A DNA stretch of 64,000 bases from an uncultured Thermoleophilia bacterium (GTDB taxonomy: Bacteria > Actinomycetota > Thermoleophilia > UBA2241), in NCBI GenBank assembly GCA_963707855.1, contig CAVPRQ010000013.1:327301-391300 (forward strand), written 5' to 3'. How positions within the stretch are numbered: the stretch's first letter is position 1; the number at the start of each line of letters is the position of its first letter. The position numbers were made by a program, and so were the translations under genes. Positions 24,140 to 35,968 of the stretch are shown here, one piece after another. Under the pieces are notes generated by a model. The model was not told the origin of the DNA. It did not search any database and saw nothing but the letters and a program-made list of their open reading frames with translations.

Positions 24140-25665
24140 CTATTGCTGGATGACGACGGTCATGCCGAGGGCGACGCGCTCGTAGAGGTCCTCGACGTCG
24201 GGGATGTGCATGCGGATGCAGCCGTGGGAGGCGTACGTCCCGATCGAGGCGTCGTCGGGGGTCCCGTGGATACCCACCGCCGGGGCGCTCGTCCCGATCC
24301 ACCGCGTGCCGAGCGGGTTCTCGATCCCCGGCGGGATAGGCTCGGCGTCCTTGGCCCACTCCGAGTCGGGCGGGTACCAGGTCGGGTCGACGATCATGCG
24401 GATCGACGGCGTAGGTCCCGGTGGGCGTCGGGTAGGCGCTCTGGCCGGCCGCGACCCGGTACGCCCGGACGAGCTTCCCGGCGCGGTAGAAGCGCAGCGT
24501 GAGCTCCGAAAGGTCGACGACGATGCGCCCGCTCAGCGCGTTCAGGGTCGCCCCGTCGACGCGGCCGTCGACGGGCAGGCTGAACCGCTCCTGGAACGAC
24601 TTCACCGCCGCTGCGGTGGCGGCGTCGTACGTGCCGGCTGAGGGTGCCGCCGTAGAAGCCGCGCACGCGCAGCAGGTCCTGCAGGTCGCGCACGTCCCTG
24701 CCGCGCGCGCCGCGCCAGAGCGCGGCGGCGCCGAACCGCTCGGTGCTGTCGACGACGAACACGCTGCGGGCCTTGGCCACGTTGCCGCCGCCGTCGGTCG
24801 CCGTGACCACGAGTGTGTGCTGGCCCTGGGCGAGGCGCTTGAGGCGGAGGCGCGCCGCGCCGGCTCCGCCGGCGACGCGCGCCGGCGCGCCGTCGATGAC
24901 CGCCGTCACCTCCGGCGCCGCCTCGAGGTCGGCGGCGCTCACGTTCACCGTGAGCGTCGCCCGGCGGACGGTCCTGGGCACGGTGTCGACCCAGAGCGTC
25001 GGCACCGTCGAATCGACGTAGGCGGCCAGCGCCTCCGCCGTCTGGTTGCCGGCGGCGTCGCGCGCCGTGAACAGCAGCGTCGCCGGTCCCGGCTCCAGGT
25101 CCGGGCGCAGGACGAACCGGCCGTCGGCGTCGGCGTAGGTGATCGCCAGCCGGGCGCCGCCCGTCACTTCGACGCGGGCGCGCGGCTCGGTCGCTCCCGT
25201 CACCTCGGGCGGCGACGTCGTCAGCGTCCCGTCGGCGGTGTCCGGGTCGAGCCGGATCGTCGGCGCCGTCGTGTCGACGGTGAACGCGAGGCGCTCGTCG
25301 AGGCGCCGGCGAAACAGGTTGGAGCTGTCGGCGCGCACGCGCACCGTGTGAGCGCCGTCCTGGAGTTCGATGCCCGCGATCGTCAGGAGCTCGCCATCCT
25401 GGTTCGACTGCGCGGTCACGTCGCGGTCGTCGAGAGTCACGCGCAGGCTCTCGAGACCGGTCAGGCCGTTCACGCGCAGCACGATGTCCGGCATCGCGTC
25501 GCCGACGAACCCGGCGCTGAGCGGCGGCTCGGCGGCGACGCTCGGCAGACCCACGAGCTCGTAGACGAAGCCCGCGGCGACGAGCACGACCAGCGCCGCA
25601 AGGACGTAGCCGGGCCAGCGGCGGGTGGAGCGCGAGCGGTAGATGCGGCGTTCGGTCGTCGCCAT
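24140..25665 (-). CDS. L,D-transpeptidase with Ig-like and peptidoglycan-binding domains (frameshifted)
   Basis: NPLGTRWIG, IHGT...SHGCIRM; FQERFSLPVDG. Confidence 0.88.
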
Positions 25666-25814
25666 GCGGTCGTCCTGGTCGGCGCGAGCAGGTGCAGCCC
25701 CGCGGTCGCGGAGCCTTCGGGCGTCTGGGGCGAGTATACCCGCGGCCGTCGCGCCCGGCCTCGAGCGGCGGCCGCGACGGCAGGAAATCGTCCCCGCGCG
25801 CGAAATGCCCCACC

Positions 25815-26582
25815 ATGGACGGGACACTCGACGAGCTCCTCGCCGACGTCGCGGCCGGCCGCCGCACGCCGGAGGACGCGGCGGCCGCGTTGCGCGACCT
25901 CGGCTACGTCGGCGTCGGCGACTTCGCCCGCCTCGACGTGGGCCGCGCCGCGCGCGCGGGCACGCCCGAGTTCGTCTACGCCGAGGCGAAGACGGTCGAG
26001 CAGCTCGTCGCCGTCGTCGATGCGTACCTGGAGCACAGGGACACGGTCCTCTGCAGCCGGACGAGCGCCGAACAGGCGGCGGCGGTCACGGAGCGGCACC
26101 CCGGCGCCGAGTACGACCCGCGCAGTCGCGTCCTCGTCGTGCGCCGGCCGGACGCCGCGCCGCCCGCGGCGCGCGGCGCGGCCGGCATCCTCGCCGCCGG
26201 CACCAGCGACGTCGCCGTCGCCGAGGAGGCGGCCGCCGTGTGCCGCGCCATGGGCGTGACCGTCGTCACCGCCTACGACGTCGGCGTCGCCGGCCTGCAT
26301 CGTCTGGCCGGCCCCCTCGACGAGATGCGCGCCGCCGGCGTCGCCGCGATCGTCGTCGCGGCGGGGATGGAGGGCGCGCTGCCGTCCGTCGTCGCCGGCC
26401 TCGTCGACGTGCCGGTGATCGGGCTTCCGACCTCAACGGGGTACGGCCTGGGCGGCCGCGGCGAGGCGGCGCTGCTCGGCATGCTGCAGAGCTGCAGCCC
26501 GGGACTCGTCGTCGTGAACATCGACAACGGCGTCGGCGCCGGCGCGACCGCGGCGCTGATCGCCCGGCGGGCGGCCGGGTGA
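25815..26582 (+). CDS. larB: Nickel pincer cofactor biosynthesis protein LarB (PurE-like)
   Basis: AGTSD, DVGVAGLHRL, AGMEGALPSV, PTSTGYG, VVNIDNG. Confidence 0.9.
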   Translation: MDGTLDELLADVAAGRRTPEDAAAALRDLGYVGVGDFARLDVGRAARAGTPEFVYAEAKTVEQLVAVVDAYLEHRDTVLCSRTSAEQAAAVTERHPGAEYDPRSRVLVVRRPDAAPPAARGAAGILAAGTSDVAVAEEAAAVCRAMGVTVVTAYDVGVAGLHRLAGPLDEMRAAGVAAIVVAAGMEGALPSVVAGLVDVPVIGLPTSTGYGLGGRGEAALLGMLQSCSPGLVVVNIDNGVGAGATAALIARRAAG

Positions 26583-26587
26583 GCCCG

Positions 26588-27044
26588 ATGCAGCGTCTGC
26601 CGTTCATCCTTCGCGACCACCGCGACCAGCTCCGTCAGCGCTGGCTCGCCGCGCTGGAGGACGTCGGCCGCCGGGGAGGACTACCGCGAGCTCATGGCAA
26701 GCCCCGTCGGCGACCGCTTCCTGCGCAAGTTCATCGACGACCTCATCGCGCTCAGTGAGGCCGAGGCGTACGAGCTGCCGGCGCTGCGCAGCCGGCTGCA
26801 CGAGGACGCGGCGCGCGAGGCCGAGTACCGCCTCGGCCTGGGCTTCGTCCGCCTCGATCTGGTCAAGGGCTGGCAGACGCTCAGCGCCGCCGTCATCGAC
26901 GTGCTCGAGGACGCCCTCGTGATGGGCGAGCTGCCGCCGCCGGGCGAGGTGCTGCTCGAGCTCAAGGCGTTCGGCACGCTCCTCGACCACATGGTCCGGA
27001 CGACGATGGGCGTGGCGCCGGCCGAGTCCGGCGCGGCCCTGTAG
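26588..27044 (+). CDS. Helical hypothetical protein, RsbRD-N-like (frameshifted)
   Basis: LRDHRDQLRQRW...; RLGLGF. Confidence 0.5.
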
Positions 27045-27091
27045 GGCGAGGGAGTTTACTCGCCGCCGCCCACTCGCTAGGCTTGCCCGCG

Positions 27092-28159
27092 ATGCTCAGA
27101 CTGGCGCTCATCTTCGGGGGACGCTCGGCGGAGCACGAGATCTCCCTCGCCTCGGCCCGGTTCGTCGCCGGCGCCCTGGACCCCGACAAGTACGAGGTCG
27201 TCCCCGTCGGCCTCTCGCGCGAGGGCCGCTGGCTGCGCCCGCGCGACCTCCAGGCGGCGCTGCACGACGGCCTCGAGTCGACGCCGTGCGACGACGTCGA
27301 CCTCGCCGTCGACCCTGCGCGCCCCGGCCTGCGGTCCGGCGACGACCTTCTGCCGCTCGACGTCGCCTTCCCCATCCTGCACGGCACGTTCGGCGAGGAC
27401 GGGACGATCCAGGGTCTGCTCGAGTGCGCCGGCCTGGCGTACGCCGGGGCCGGCGTGGCAGCGAGCGCGGTCGGCATGGACAAGGAGCTCATGAAGGCCG
27501 TGTTCGCCTCGGCCGGGCTTCCTCAGGTGGAGTACCTCGTCCTGCGCGGCGAGGGCTGTACCGGGGCGGCCGCGGTCGGCGCGGTCGAGGCGCGCCTGGA
27601 CTACCCCGTCTTCGTCAAGCCCTGCAATCTGGGGTCGAGCGTCGGCATGACCAAGGCGCACGACCGCGGCGAGCTGGGTCCTGCCCTCGAGCTGGCGGCG
27701 CGCTACGACCGCAAGGTGATCGTCGAGGCGGCGGTCGACGCGCGCGAGCTCGAGTGCGCCGTGCTCGGCAACGACGAGCCGCGCGCCTCCGTGCCGGGCG
27801 AGGTCGTCCCCGGCAACGAGTTCTACGACTACGAGGCCAAGTACACCGACGGCATGATGACCTTCACGATCCCCGCGGCGCTCGAGCCGGCGCGCACCCG
27901 GGAGGTCCGCGACCTCGCCGTGCGCGCCTTCGCGGCGATCGACTGCGCGGGCTACGCGCGCTGCGACTTCTTCGTCGAGCGTGCCACCGGGCACGTCATC
28001 GTCAACGAGATCAACACGATCCCGGGCATGACGGCCATGAGCGCCTTCCCGCGCCTGTGGGAGGCGACCGGCGTGGGCAACCGCGAGCTCGTCGACGAGA
28101 TCGTCGCCCTGGGACTGCAGCGGCACGCCGTGCGCCAGGATCTGCTCACCACGCACTGA
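27092..28159 (+). CDS. ddl: D-alanine--D-alanine ligase
   Basis: GGRSAEHEIS, LHGTFGEDG, GSSVG, FYDYEAKY, NEINTIPG. Confidence 0.95.
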   Translation: MLRLALIFGGRSAEHEISLASARFVAGALDPDKYEVVPVGLSREGRWLRPRDLQAALHDGLESTPCDDVDLAVDPARPGLRSGDDLLPLDVAFPILHGTFGEDGTIQGLLECAGLAYAGAGVAASAVGMDKELMKAVFASAGLPQVEYLVLRGEGCTGAAAVGAVEARLDYPVFVKPCNLGSSVGMTKAHDRGELGPALELAARYDRKVIVEAAVDARELECAVLGNDEPRASVPGEVVPGNEFYDYEAKYTDGMMTFTIPAALEPARTREVRDLAVRAFAAIDCAGYARCDFFVERATGHVIVNEINTIPGMTAMSAFPRLWEATGVGNRELVDEIVALGLQRHAVRQDLLTTH

Positions 28160-28197
28160 GGCGTGGCCGCGACGTCGCTTTGCGACGGACCTGCCCG

Positions 28198-28605
28198 CTA
28201 GTCCGTCGTGCGCGTGATGGTCGGGTTCTGCACGTCCTCGACCCAGTCGTCGAGGCCGGGGAGGTACGCGAGGTACTTGAAGAGGTACGTGTCGGCGTGG
28301 TGCTGGACGGTGACCGTGAACGTCTCGGTCCTGCCCCCGGTCGAGACCGAGAACGCGACCAGGTCGGCATCGTTCGCTTCGACGAGCCGGGCGGCCGCCT
28401 CGCGGGCGGCATCGACGCTGCCGGTCTCGACGTAGGTGCGCCTGGCCTCCGTGCCCGCGTCGGAGGCGTCGTCGCGGGCGTCTTGCTGGGCGGTGAAGAT
28501 GGCGAGGCCGTCGAGGAGCACCGCCATCACGATGGCGATGGCGAGGAAGACGTAGAGCGCTTCCCGGATGAGTCCTTCTTGCCGGCGCCGGCGCGGCGGC
28601 TGCAT
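28198..28605 (-). CDS. Tad/TadE-like pseudopilin-type membrane protein
   Basis: Basic leader RRRRQEG, then a TM helix and an Ala-rich helix. Confidence 0.45.
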   Translation of the reverse strand: MQPPRRRRQEGLIREALYVFLAIAIVMAVLLDGLAIFTAQQDARDDASDAGTEARRTYVETGSVDAAREAAARLVEANDADLVAFSVSTGGRTETFTVTVQHHADTYLFKYLAYLPGLDDWVEDVQNPTITRTTD

Positions 28606-28636
28606 CGCGGCCTCCTTTGAGGCGGGCTGGTTGGTG

Positions 28637-30362
28637 TCAGGTCTCACGTCTTCCCCCATCGTCGTCGGAGTCCTTCCCGGGGGCGACGGAAGAGGACCGC
28701 TCGCCGGTGCCGGGGAGCGGCAGGAGGCGCAGGCAGACGAGGGCGATGTCGTCGGCCGGCGGCTGCGCGGCGAATCGGCTCGCGCCGTCGAGGAGGGCGG
28801 CGACGACCTCCGCGGCCGGCCGGTCGTGGAGGCCGGCCAGGAGGTCGGGGATCGCGTCCTCGAAGAAGGCCCCACGCGCGTCACGCAGCTCCGTGATGCC
28901 GTCGGTGAAGAAGACGACGAGGTCGCCGGACGCGAGCTCGATGCACCTCGGACGGGTACGGGCTCAGGGCGACCTCGGGATCGACCCCGATCGCCGGCGC
29001 GGTGAGCATCAAGGGCCGCTCGACCGCGCCCGAGCGCACGACGAACGGCGCCGGGTGCCCGGCGGTCGCGAGCTCGAGCGTGCCGCGGCGCACGCCGGCC
29101 AGCGCGAAGAGCAGCGTGACGAAGCGCTCGGGGTCGAGCTCACCGAGCATGGCGTTGTGAACCTCCTGCAGCGCGGCGCCGGGGCGGGCGGGCCACGAGA
29201 GCGCGCCGCCGGCCACGGCGGCGCGCAGGGCGTACTTGACGACGACCGTCGTCGCCAGCGCGTCGACGCCTTTGCCGGCGACGTCGCCGATGACGACGGC
29301 GAGGTGGCCTCCCGTACGACTGTAGAAGTCGATGAAGTCCCCGCCACGGCCGGCGCCATGGCTGGCGGAGCGGTAGGCCACGGCGACGTCGAGGCCGGGC
29401 ACCTCGGGCGGATCGAGCGGCAGCAATCGCTCCTGAAGGCGCTGCGCGATGTCCGCCTGGGTGCGGTAGAGGAGCGCGTGCGCGAGCGCGACGCCGGCGC
29501 GCGCCGCGAGTGCCTCGAGCGCCGAGCGGCGTTCCCCGGCGTCCGGCAGCAGGACTCCGCGCACGAGAAGGGCGCCGAGCAGGCGGTCGTCGCCGACGAG
29601 CGGCACGGCGAGGACGCGGGCGGTCGCGGCTGGCGCCCGCGTCCTGAACGCCTCCTCGAGCACGGCGCGATCGTCGTCGCCCAGCTCCGCGGCCTCCAGT
29701 TGGCGGCGGCTCTCGAGGCGCACCGCGGTGACGTCGTCCGCGCCGGTCACCTCGCGAGCGCGGGACACCGCCTCCGCGAGGACGGACTCGGGGTCGAGTG
29801 AGAACAGCTCGCGCCCCCCGAGCAGCGCTTCCGCACGGAGGCGCTGCTCGGCATCCTGTCGTTCGCGGTCCGCCAGCGCCGTGAGGCGACGGGCCGTGGA
29901 GCGCGCGACGAGGCGCAGGCAGCGGACCTCGTCGGCGGTGTACTCCGACGGCCGGTCGCCGACCTCGATGAACCCCATCGATCCGCCGCCGGCCTCCATG
30001 GGCACGCAGGCGAAGCGTGAGAGGCGGAGCACACCGGTGGTCTCGGGCAGGCACTCGGCGCTGCCGGGGAGGTCGTTGCAGGCGAGCGGCGTGCCCGATT
30101 CGCACACGCGCCCGGGCGCTCCTTCGCCGAGCTCCCAGCGCAGGGGCGCGCCGGTCCAGCCCTCGGTCACGTCGAACCACTCGCCGGCGGTGACGGCTTC
30201 GCCGTCGAACAGGCCGGCGAGGCCGCGACGCGAGGCCGTCGCCGCGCAGGCGGCTTCGACGGCCGCACGGAGGGCGGCCTCGACCGACGCGGCGGCCTCG
30301 ACGGCGGCGAGGCCCTCGAGGGTGCCGAGGACGGAGTTGCGCGGGTCGATGTCGTCAGGCAT
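28637..30362 (-). CDS. GAF-domain PP2C/SpoIIE phosphatase (RsbU-like; frameshifted)
   Basis: GGDFID, IGDVAGKG, AGHP, FTDGITE, DDIA. Confidence 0.88.
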
Positions 30363-30423
30363 GCGCTGTCCTTCGCTTCAGGCTCGGGCACTCCTGCCGG
30401 GCCGGCGGTCGCGCCCGGGAGCC

Positions 30424-30967
30424 TCAGCGGCCGTGGCGGGCCGGGACCGCGGAGAGTGCCGCCTGCACGGCGAGCGCCCCCAGGGTGAGCACGATCGCCG
30501 TCGGGAGCGGCAGTCCGATGACGCCGGTGACCAGGAGCGAGCGCACCGGCCCACAGCAGGGTGGAGGGGATGATGGTGCGCACGAGCCGGCGACGAAAGC
30601 CGAGCCACGCCAGACGGCGGCGCATCGCCGACCCCCTCTCGTGGTCGTCGAGACAGGCCGAGCCCCGCTGGTGCAGGCGCGCCGTCAGGTCGGCGCCCTC
30701 GGGGTCGAAGAGGCGGCAGCGGAACGAAAGGCCGCCCGCGCTGCGCAGCGCGCCGCGCTGGGCGCGGGCGAAGTACTCCACGAGCGAGAAGAAGCGGTCG
30801 TCGTCCGAGAGCCGGCCGGTCTCGAGGCGCACGTCGAGAAAGAGGAGGTTCTCGGCGGGATCGAACTTGATCTCCGCCTGCCATCCGCGACGGTCGAAGA
30901 AGTTGCCCAGGAAGCGGTCCAGGTCCGCGGGAAGACGCTCGACGTCTGGTCGCCGCGTCGCGCTCAT
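30424..30967 (-). CDS. Hypothetical protein with C-terminal TM helices (frameshifted)
   Basis: Coding-like ORF MSATRRPDVERLPADLDRFLGNFF; hydrophobic C-terminus. Confidence 0.55.
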
Positions 30968-31068
30968 GCCGTGATTGTACCTTGCCCTCGGCCGGCGACT
31001 CCGGCCGATGAAGTAGAATGCGTTGTCCGTTCTGCGGTCATCCGCCGACTCGTGGAGGTACGCCGAGA

Positions 31069-32335
31069 GTGAAGATCGCGATCATCGGCCTCGGCTACGT
31101 GGGCCTTCCCCTGGCCATGGTGTTCGCCGACGCTGGGACCGAGGTCGTCGGCATCGAGGCCGTGCCCGAGCGGTGCGCCCAGATCAACGCCGGCGAGAGC
31201 TACATCCAGGATGTCTCCAGCGTCGACCTGAAGCGCGCGGTCGACGCCCGCCTCCTGCGCGCGTCACCGGACTACGCCGCGATCGAGGGCTGCGAGGCGG
31301 TCATCATCTGCCTGCCCACGCCGCTCAACGCCAACCGCGAGCCCGACCTGACGCTGGTGAAGGCCGCGACCACCGAAGCTGGCCGGCCACCTGCGGCGCG
31401 GCCAGCTCGTCACGCTCGAGAGCACGACCTACCCGGGAACGACCCGCGACGAGCTGGCGCCCATCCTCGAGGAGGGCTCGGGGCTTCGCGCCGGGGTCGA
31501 CTTCCACCTCGCCTTCTCGCCCGAGCGCATCGACCCCGGCCGCACCGACTTCACGACCAAGACCACCCCGAAGGTGATCGGCGGCCTCACCCCGGCCTGC
31601 ACGCAGAAGGCGCTCGACGTCTACGGCCCGGCCCTCGACCGGCTGGTCCCGGTGTCGACCCCCGAAGCCGCCGAGATGAGCAAGCTGCTCGAGAACATCT
31701 TCCGCAGCGTCAACATCGCCCTCATGAACGAGCTCGCCATGCTCTGCGACCGCATGGGGGTCGACGTCTGGGAGGTGATCGAGGCGGCGGCCACCAAGCC
31801 CTTCGGCTTCATGAAGTTCCAGCCGGGTCCCGGCCTCGGCGGGCACTGCATCCCCGTCGACCCGTTCTACCTCTCGTGGAAGGCGCGCGAGTTCGACTTC
31901 TGGACGGAGTTCATCGAGCTCGCCGGCAGGGTCAACGAGAACATGCCGTACTTCTGCGTCGAGAAGCTGCACCGGGCGCTCAACACGCGGCAGAAGAGCC
32001 TGAACGGGGCCAAGGTGCTCGTGCTCGGCGTCGCCTACAAGGCCGACATCGACGACCTGCGCGAGTCGCCGGGGCTCAAGGTGATCCGCAACCTGCGGAC
32101 GCACGGCGCCCAGGTCGCCTATCACGACCCCTACGTGCCCCGACTCGACGACTTCGGTCTCTCGTCGGTCGACATCGGCGACGGCCAGCCGTTCGCGGTC
32201 TACGACGCGGTGGTGATCGTCACGGCACACACCTCGATCGACTACCGTCGCGTGGTCCAGGAGGCGCAGCTCGTGGTCGACTTCCGCAACGCGACCGCCG
32301 GCATCCCGAGCGCCGGCAATGTCTGGAAGCTCTGA
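31069..32335 (+). CDS. UDP-N-acetylhexosamine 6-dehydrogenase, WbpA-like (frameshifted)
   Basis: GLGYVGLP, ESTTYPGTT, SPERIDPG, GGHCIPVDP. Confidence 0.92.
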
Positions 32336-32354
32336 TGAGGATGGTGACGTGCCC

Positions 32355-33380
32355 GTGAGCGACAAGGTCCGCGTCGGCGTGGTCGGTCTCGGCTACTGGG
32401 GACCGAACCTGGCGCGCAACTTCGACCGCCTGGCCGACGCCGAGCTCGCCTACTGCTGCGACCTCGACGGAGCCAATCTCGCCAAGGCGCGGGGGCTGTA
32501 CCCGAACGCCGTCGTCACCGACGACCTCGACGCCCTGCTGGGCGACGACGCCCTCGACGCGGTCGTCGTCGCCACCTCGGTGCCGACGCACTACGCGCTC
32601 GGCAAGCGCGCCCTCGAGGCCGGCAAGCACGCCTTCATCGAGAAGCCGATCGCGCTGCGCGCGGCCGACGCCCAGGACCTGCTTACCACGGCCGAGACCC
32701 GCGGCGTCAAGCTCATGGTCGGCCACCTCCTCGAGTACCACCCGGCGGTGGCCAAGATGAAGGAGCTCGTCGACGCCGGCGCCCTCGGCCGCGTCTTCTA
32801 CATCTACGCGAACCGCCTGAATCTGGGCAAGGTGCGCAAGGACGAGAACGCGCTCTGGAGCCTGGGGCCGCACGACATCTCGGTCATCAACTACCTGACC
32901 GGGGAGGAGCCCCAGGAGGTCTCGGCGCGCGGCGAGTGCTACCTGCAGGACGACGTCGAGGACGTCGTCTTCGGCTACATCCGCTACCCCAGCGGCATGG
33001 TAGGCCACCTCCACGTGAGCTGGCTCGACCCTCACAAGTCGCGCAAGATCACCGTCGTCGGCGAGAAGAAGATGGTCGTCTTCGACGACATGGAGTCCGA
33101 TCGCAAGGTGACGGTGTACGACAAGGGCGCCACGACGACGAGGACGCAGTTCGAGACGTACGGCGAGTTCGTCACCCTGCACTTCGGCGACATCCACATC
33201 CCGAAGATCGGCAACGACGAGCCCCTGCGCGTCGAGTGCCAGCACTTCGTCGACTGCATCCGTGAGGACAGGCAGCCGCGCAGCGACGGGCGCGACGCGC
33301 TCAACGTGGTGCGCGTGCTCGAGGCGATGGAGCGCAGCCTGCGCGAGGGCGGCCGGCCGGTGAAGACGACGGAGCTGTGA
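32355..33380 (+). CDS. Gfo/Idh/MocA oxidoreductase, WbpB-like
   Basis: GLGYWG, EKP, LGPHD. Confidence 0.88.
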   Translation: MSDKVRVGVVGLGYWGPNLARNFDRLADAELAYCCDLDGANLAKARGLYPNAVVTDDLDALLGDDALDAVVVATSVPTHYALGKRALEAGKHAFIEKPIALRAADAQDLLTTAETRGVKLMVGHLLEYHPAVAKMKELVDAGALGRVFYIYANRLNLGKVRKDENALWSLGPHDISVINYLTGEEPQEVSARGECYLQDDVEDVVFGYIRYPSGMVGHLHVSWLDPHKSRKITVVGEKKMVVFDDMESDRKVTVYDKGATTTRTQFETYGEFVTLHFGDIHIPKIGNDEPLRVECQHFVDCIREDRQPRSDGRDALNVVRVLEAMERSLREGGRPVKTTEL

Positions 33381-33440
33381 CGGCGGCTCGGCTTCGACCA
33401 GCCGCCCCGACCCGCCCGCTGACGCCCCGGGAGGTGCCCC

Positions 33441-34154
33441 ATGGCCCTGCATCCCTCTGACCTCGGCGTGAACCTGCTGCTCGGCGACGGGGTCGTCGTC
33501 GGCGAGGGCGTCACGTTCGGCGCCAACGTCATCGTGTTCGACGACACCGTCATCGGCGACGGGTGCTTCATCCAGGACGGCGCCGTTCTCGGCAAGGTGC
33601 CGAGCCTCTCGCCGTCCTCGACGGCGAAGCGCGGCGAGCTTGCGCCGCTGGTGCTCGGCGCCGGCTGCGTGATCAGCACCGGCGCCGTCGTCTACCGCGG
33701 CACGACGTTGGGTCCGGGCTGCATCCTCGGCGACTACGCCGGGGTGCGCGAGCGCTGCGTGCTGGGCGAGCGCGTGGTCGTCGGGCGCGGCAGCGTGGTC
33801 GAGAACGACACCTCCATCGGCGACCTCACGAAGATCCAGACCAACGTCTACATCACCGCCTACATGACGATCGAGGACCGCTGCTTCATCGCGCCCTGCG
33901 TGCAGACGACGAACGACAACTTCATGGGGCGCACCGAGAAGCGGCACGAGCTCATCAAGGGCGCGACGATCCGTCGCGGCGCCCGCGTCGGCGGCGGCGT
34001 CGTGCTCTGCCCCGGCATCGAGATCGGCGAAGAGGCGTTCATCGCCGCCGGCGCGGTCGTGACGAAGGACGCGCCGGCGAGGAAGGTCCTCATGGGCGTG
34101 CCGGCGCGCGTCGTGCGCGACGTCTCCGAGGACGAGCTGCTCGAGAACCAGTAG
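33441..34154 (+). CDS. Hexapeptide-repeat N-acetyltransferase, WbpD-like
   Basis: Left-handed beta-helix repeats, TTND, GAVVTKD, GVPAR. Confidence 0.88.
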   Translation: MALHPSDLGVNLLLGDGVVVGEGVTFGANVIVFDDTVIGDGCFIQDGAVLGKVPSLSPSSTAKRGELAPLVLGAGCVISTGAVVYRGTTLGPGCILGDYAGVRERCVLGERVVVGRGSVVENDTSIGDLTKIQTNVYITAYMTIEDRCFIAPCVQTTNDNFMGRTEKRHELIKGATIRRGARVGGGVVLCPGIEIGEEAFIAAGAVVTKDAPARKVLMGVPARVVRDVSEDELLENQ

Positions 34155-34173
34155 GCGGGTCCGACGGCCCGCA

Positions 34174-34219
34174 TGACGAACGGACGGGGGGCGCCGCACG
34201 GCGCCCCCGTCGTTCGTCA
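34174..34219. terminator. Long inverted repeat between convergent genes
   Basis: tgacgaacggacggggggcgccg / ggcgcccccgtcgttcgtca. Confidence 0.7.
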
Positions 34220-34281
34220 CTCTGTCGTCTCGGGTCTGCGGGGCGCCAGGCGCCGACCGGCTCACGCCACCGGCCGCGAGG

Positions 34282-35017
34282 TCAACGGACCTGGATGACC
34301 CTGCTCGGCCGCGAGGTGGTGGCAGCGTGCAGCGCGTCCGCGCGGGCGATGGCGAGCACCTTCCACTGGCCGGTTCTCTTGATCGACGTCCGCAGGACGA
34401 TCTTGGTGAAGATTGAGGTAGTTGAACGTCTTGCCCCAGCGGCTGAACTGGTACTTCCAGACGCCGTAGGTGTAGCGATAGAACCTGAACTTGACGACGT
34501 TCTTGAGTCCGGCGGGATGCCTCGGCTGGAGGTAGCAGAGGACCCGGAAGCGCTGCCCGCGCTGGACGCGAGCCGGGACCTTGGGCTGGCTCAAGTAGAC
34601 CTTCGGGGTGACGCTCACCGCCGCGCTGTCGGCGGCGTCGAGGCCGGTCGTCCCGAAGAAGCGCATCCGGTAGAAGGTCTTGTCGCGCGGCCGCACGACG
34701 AGGGTGTACGTCCCGGTGTAGTACGCCGGGACGTCGTCCAGTGTGGTGATGACGGCGACGCCCCACCACGGCCCCACGGCGGAGGCCCCTCTTTGGACGA
34801 GGATCGGCTGGCCGCCCACCGCCGTGATCGTGGTGGTGTTCATGAGCGTCCCGGTGAGGACGGACGAGCCGTTGTAGGGGATGACGTTGGGCGCCGCGAT
34901 CAGCGTCAAGGTCGTCGTGTCGGCTGCAGCGGCGGCTGGGAACAGGGCGAGCACGGCGAGCAGCGCGACGGCTGCCGTGGTCGCGAGCTTCATCCGCTTC
35001 CGCGTTCGCTGATCCAT
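34282..35017 (-). CDS. Secreted beta-rich hypothetical protein (frameshifted near C-terminus)
   Basis: Signal peptide ending PAAAAA; Ig-like composition. Confidence 0.65.
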
Positions 35018-35250
35018 TGATGTCCCTCCGGATTCCTCGGCGCGGCGCCGATGCGCCGCGTGCTCTCCTGGGCGATGGCCCTGACTCCATGCATTCGCCG
35101 TCGGCCGGCGGGCCCCTTGCCCGCGTCGCTCATCCAGACGAGGTTTGGACGCGGGAAACGTGGAAGGTGAGGAGATTCATCTCCGCCTGGCCGGGCGCGC
35201 GGTTCGGGAGGCGCAGGAGAAGGCGAGCGGAGCAGACAAAGGACGGCTGA

Positions 35251-35940
35251 ATGGACCACGACATGAAGACGAGCAAGCGATCCGCTGATACCGGCGCCGT
35301 GCGCTTCACGCGCAAGTGGTTCGTGGTGGGCGCCGGCGCGGTCGTCGCGGGGCTGGCCGGTATCGCCGCGCTGCTGCGTCGCGACGGCATAAGCCTCAAG
35401 GGCGCCGCGACCGCCCCCGAGAGCATGTTCGGCTCGTTCCCCGTGCGCAGCGTCGAGCGGCAGCCGCCGACGGAGGCGCCCGAGGACTGGGTCGTGACCG
35501 TGGACGGCCTCGTCGAGAAGCCGGTCACCATCGACCATGCCACTTGGCTGACCCTGGAGCGTTTCGACCAGACCGTCGACTTCCACTGCGTCGAGGGGTG
35601 GTCGGTCGACGACGTGCGGTGGGGCGGCGTCCGCCCGTCGGTCCTCCTTGACCTGGCCGGCATCCTCCCCGAGGCGACGCACGTGACCTTCCACGCGTCC
35701 GGCGGCGTCTACAAGGACGGCCTGCCGCTCGACCTCGTGCGCGACCCGCAGACGGTGCTCGCCGACCGGCTCAACGACGAGCCGCTGCCGCCCGCCCACG
35801 GCGGGCCCCTGCGGCTCGTCGTTCCCGACCAGCTCGCCTACAAGAGCGTGAAGTGGGTCGAGCGCCTCGAGGTCACCGACACGCAGATCGAGGGCTACTG
35901 GGAGGAGCGCGGCTACTCGGTCGACGCGCCGGTGGCGTAG
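35251..35940 (+). CDS. Molybdopterin-dependent oxidoreductase, sulfite-oxidase/MsrP family
   Basis: DFHCVEGWS, HGGPLRLVVP, YKSVKW, GYWEERGY. Confidence 0.9.
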   Translation: MDHDMKTSKRSADTGAVRFTRKWFVVGAGAVVAGLAGIAALLRRDGISLKGAATAPESMFGSFPVRSVERQPPTEAPEDWVVTVDGLVEKPVTIDHATWLTLERFDQTVDFHCVEGWSVDDVRWGGVRPSVLLDLAGILPEATHVTFHASGGVYKDGLPLDLVRDPQTVLADRLNDEPLPPAHGGPLRLVVPDQLAYKSVKWVERLEVTDTQIEGYWEERGYSVDAPVA

Positions 35941-35968
35941 CGGGCGCCGGCGGTCCGGTCGCCGCCGC

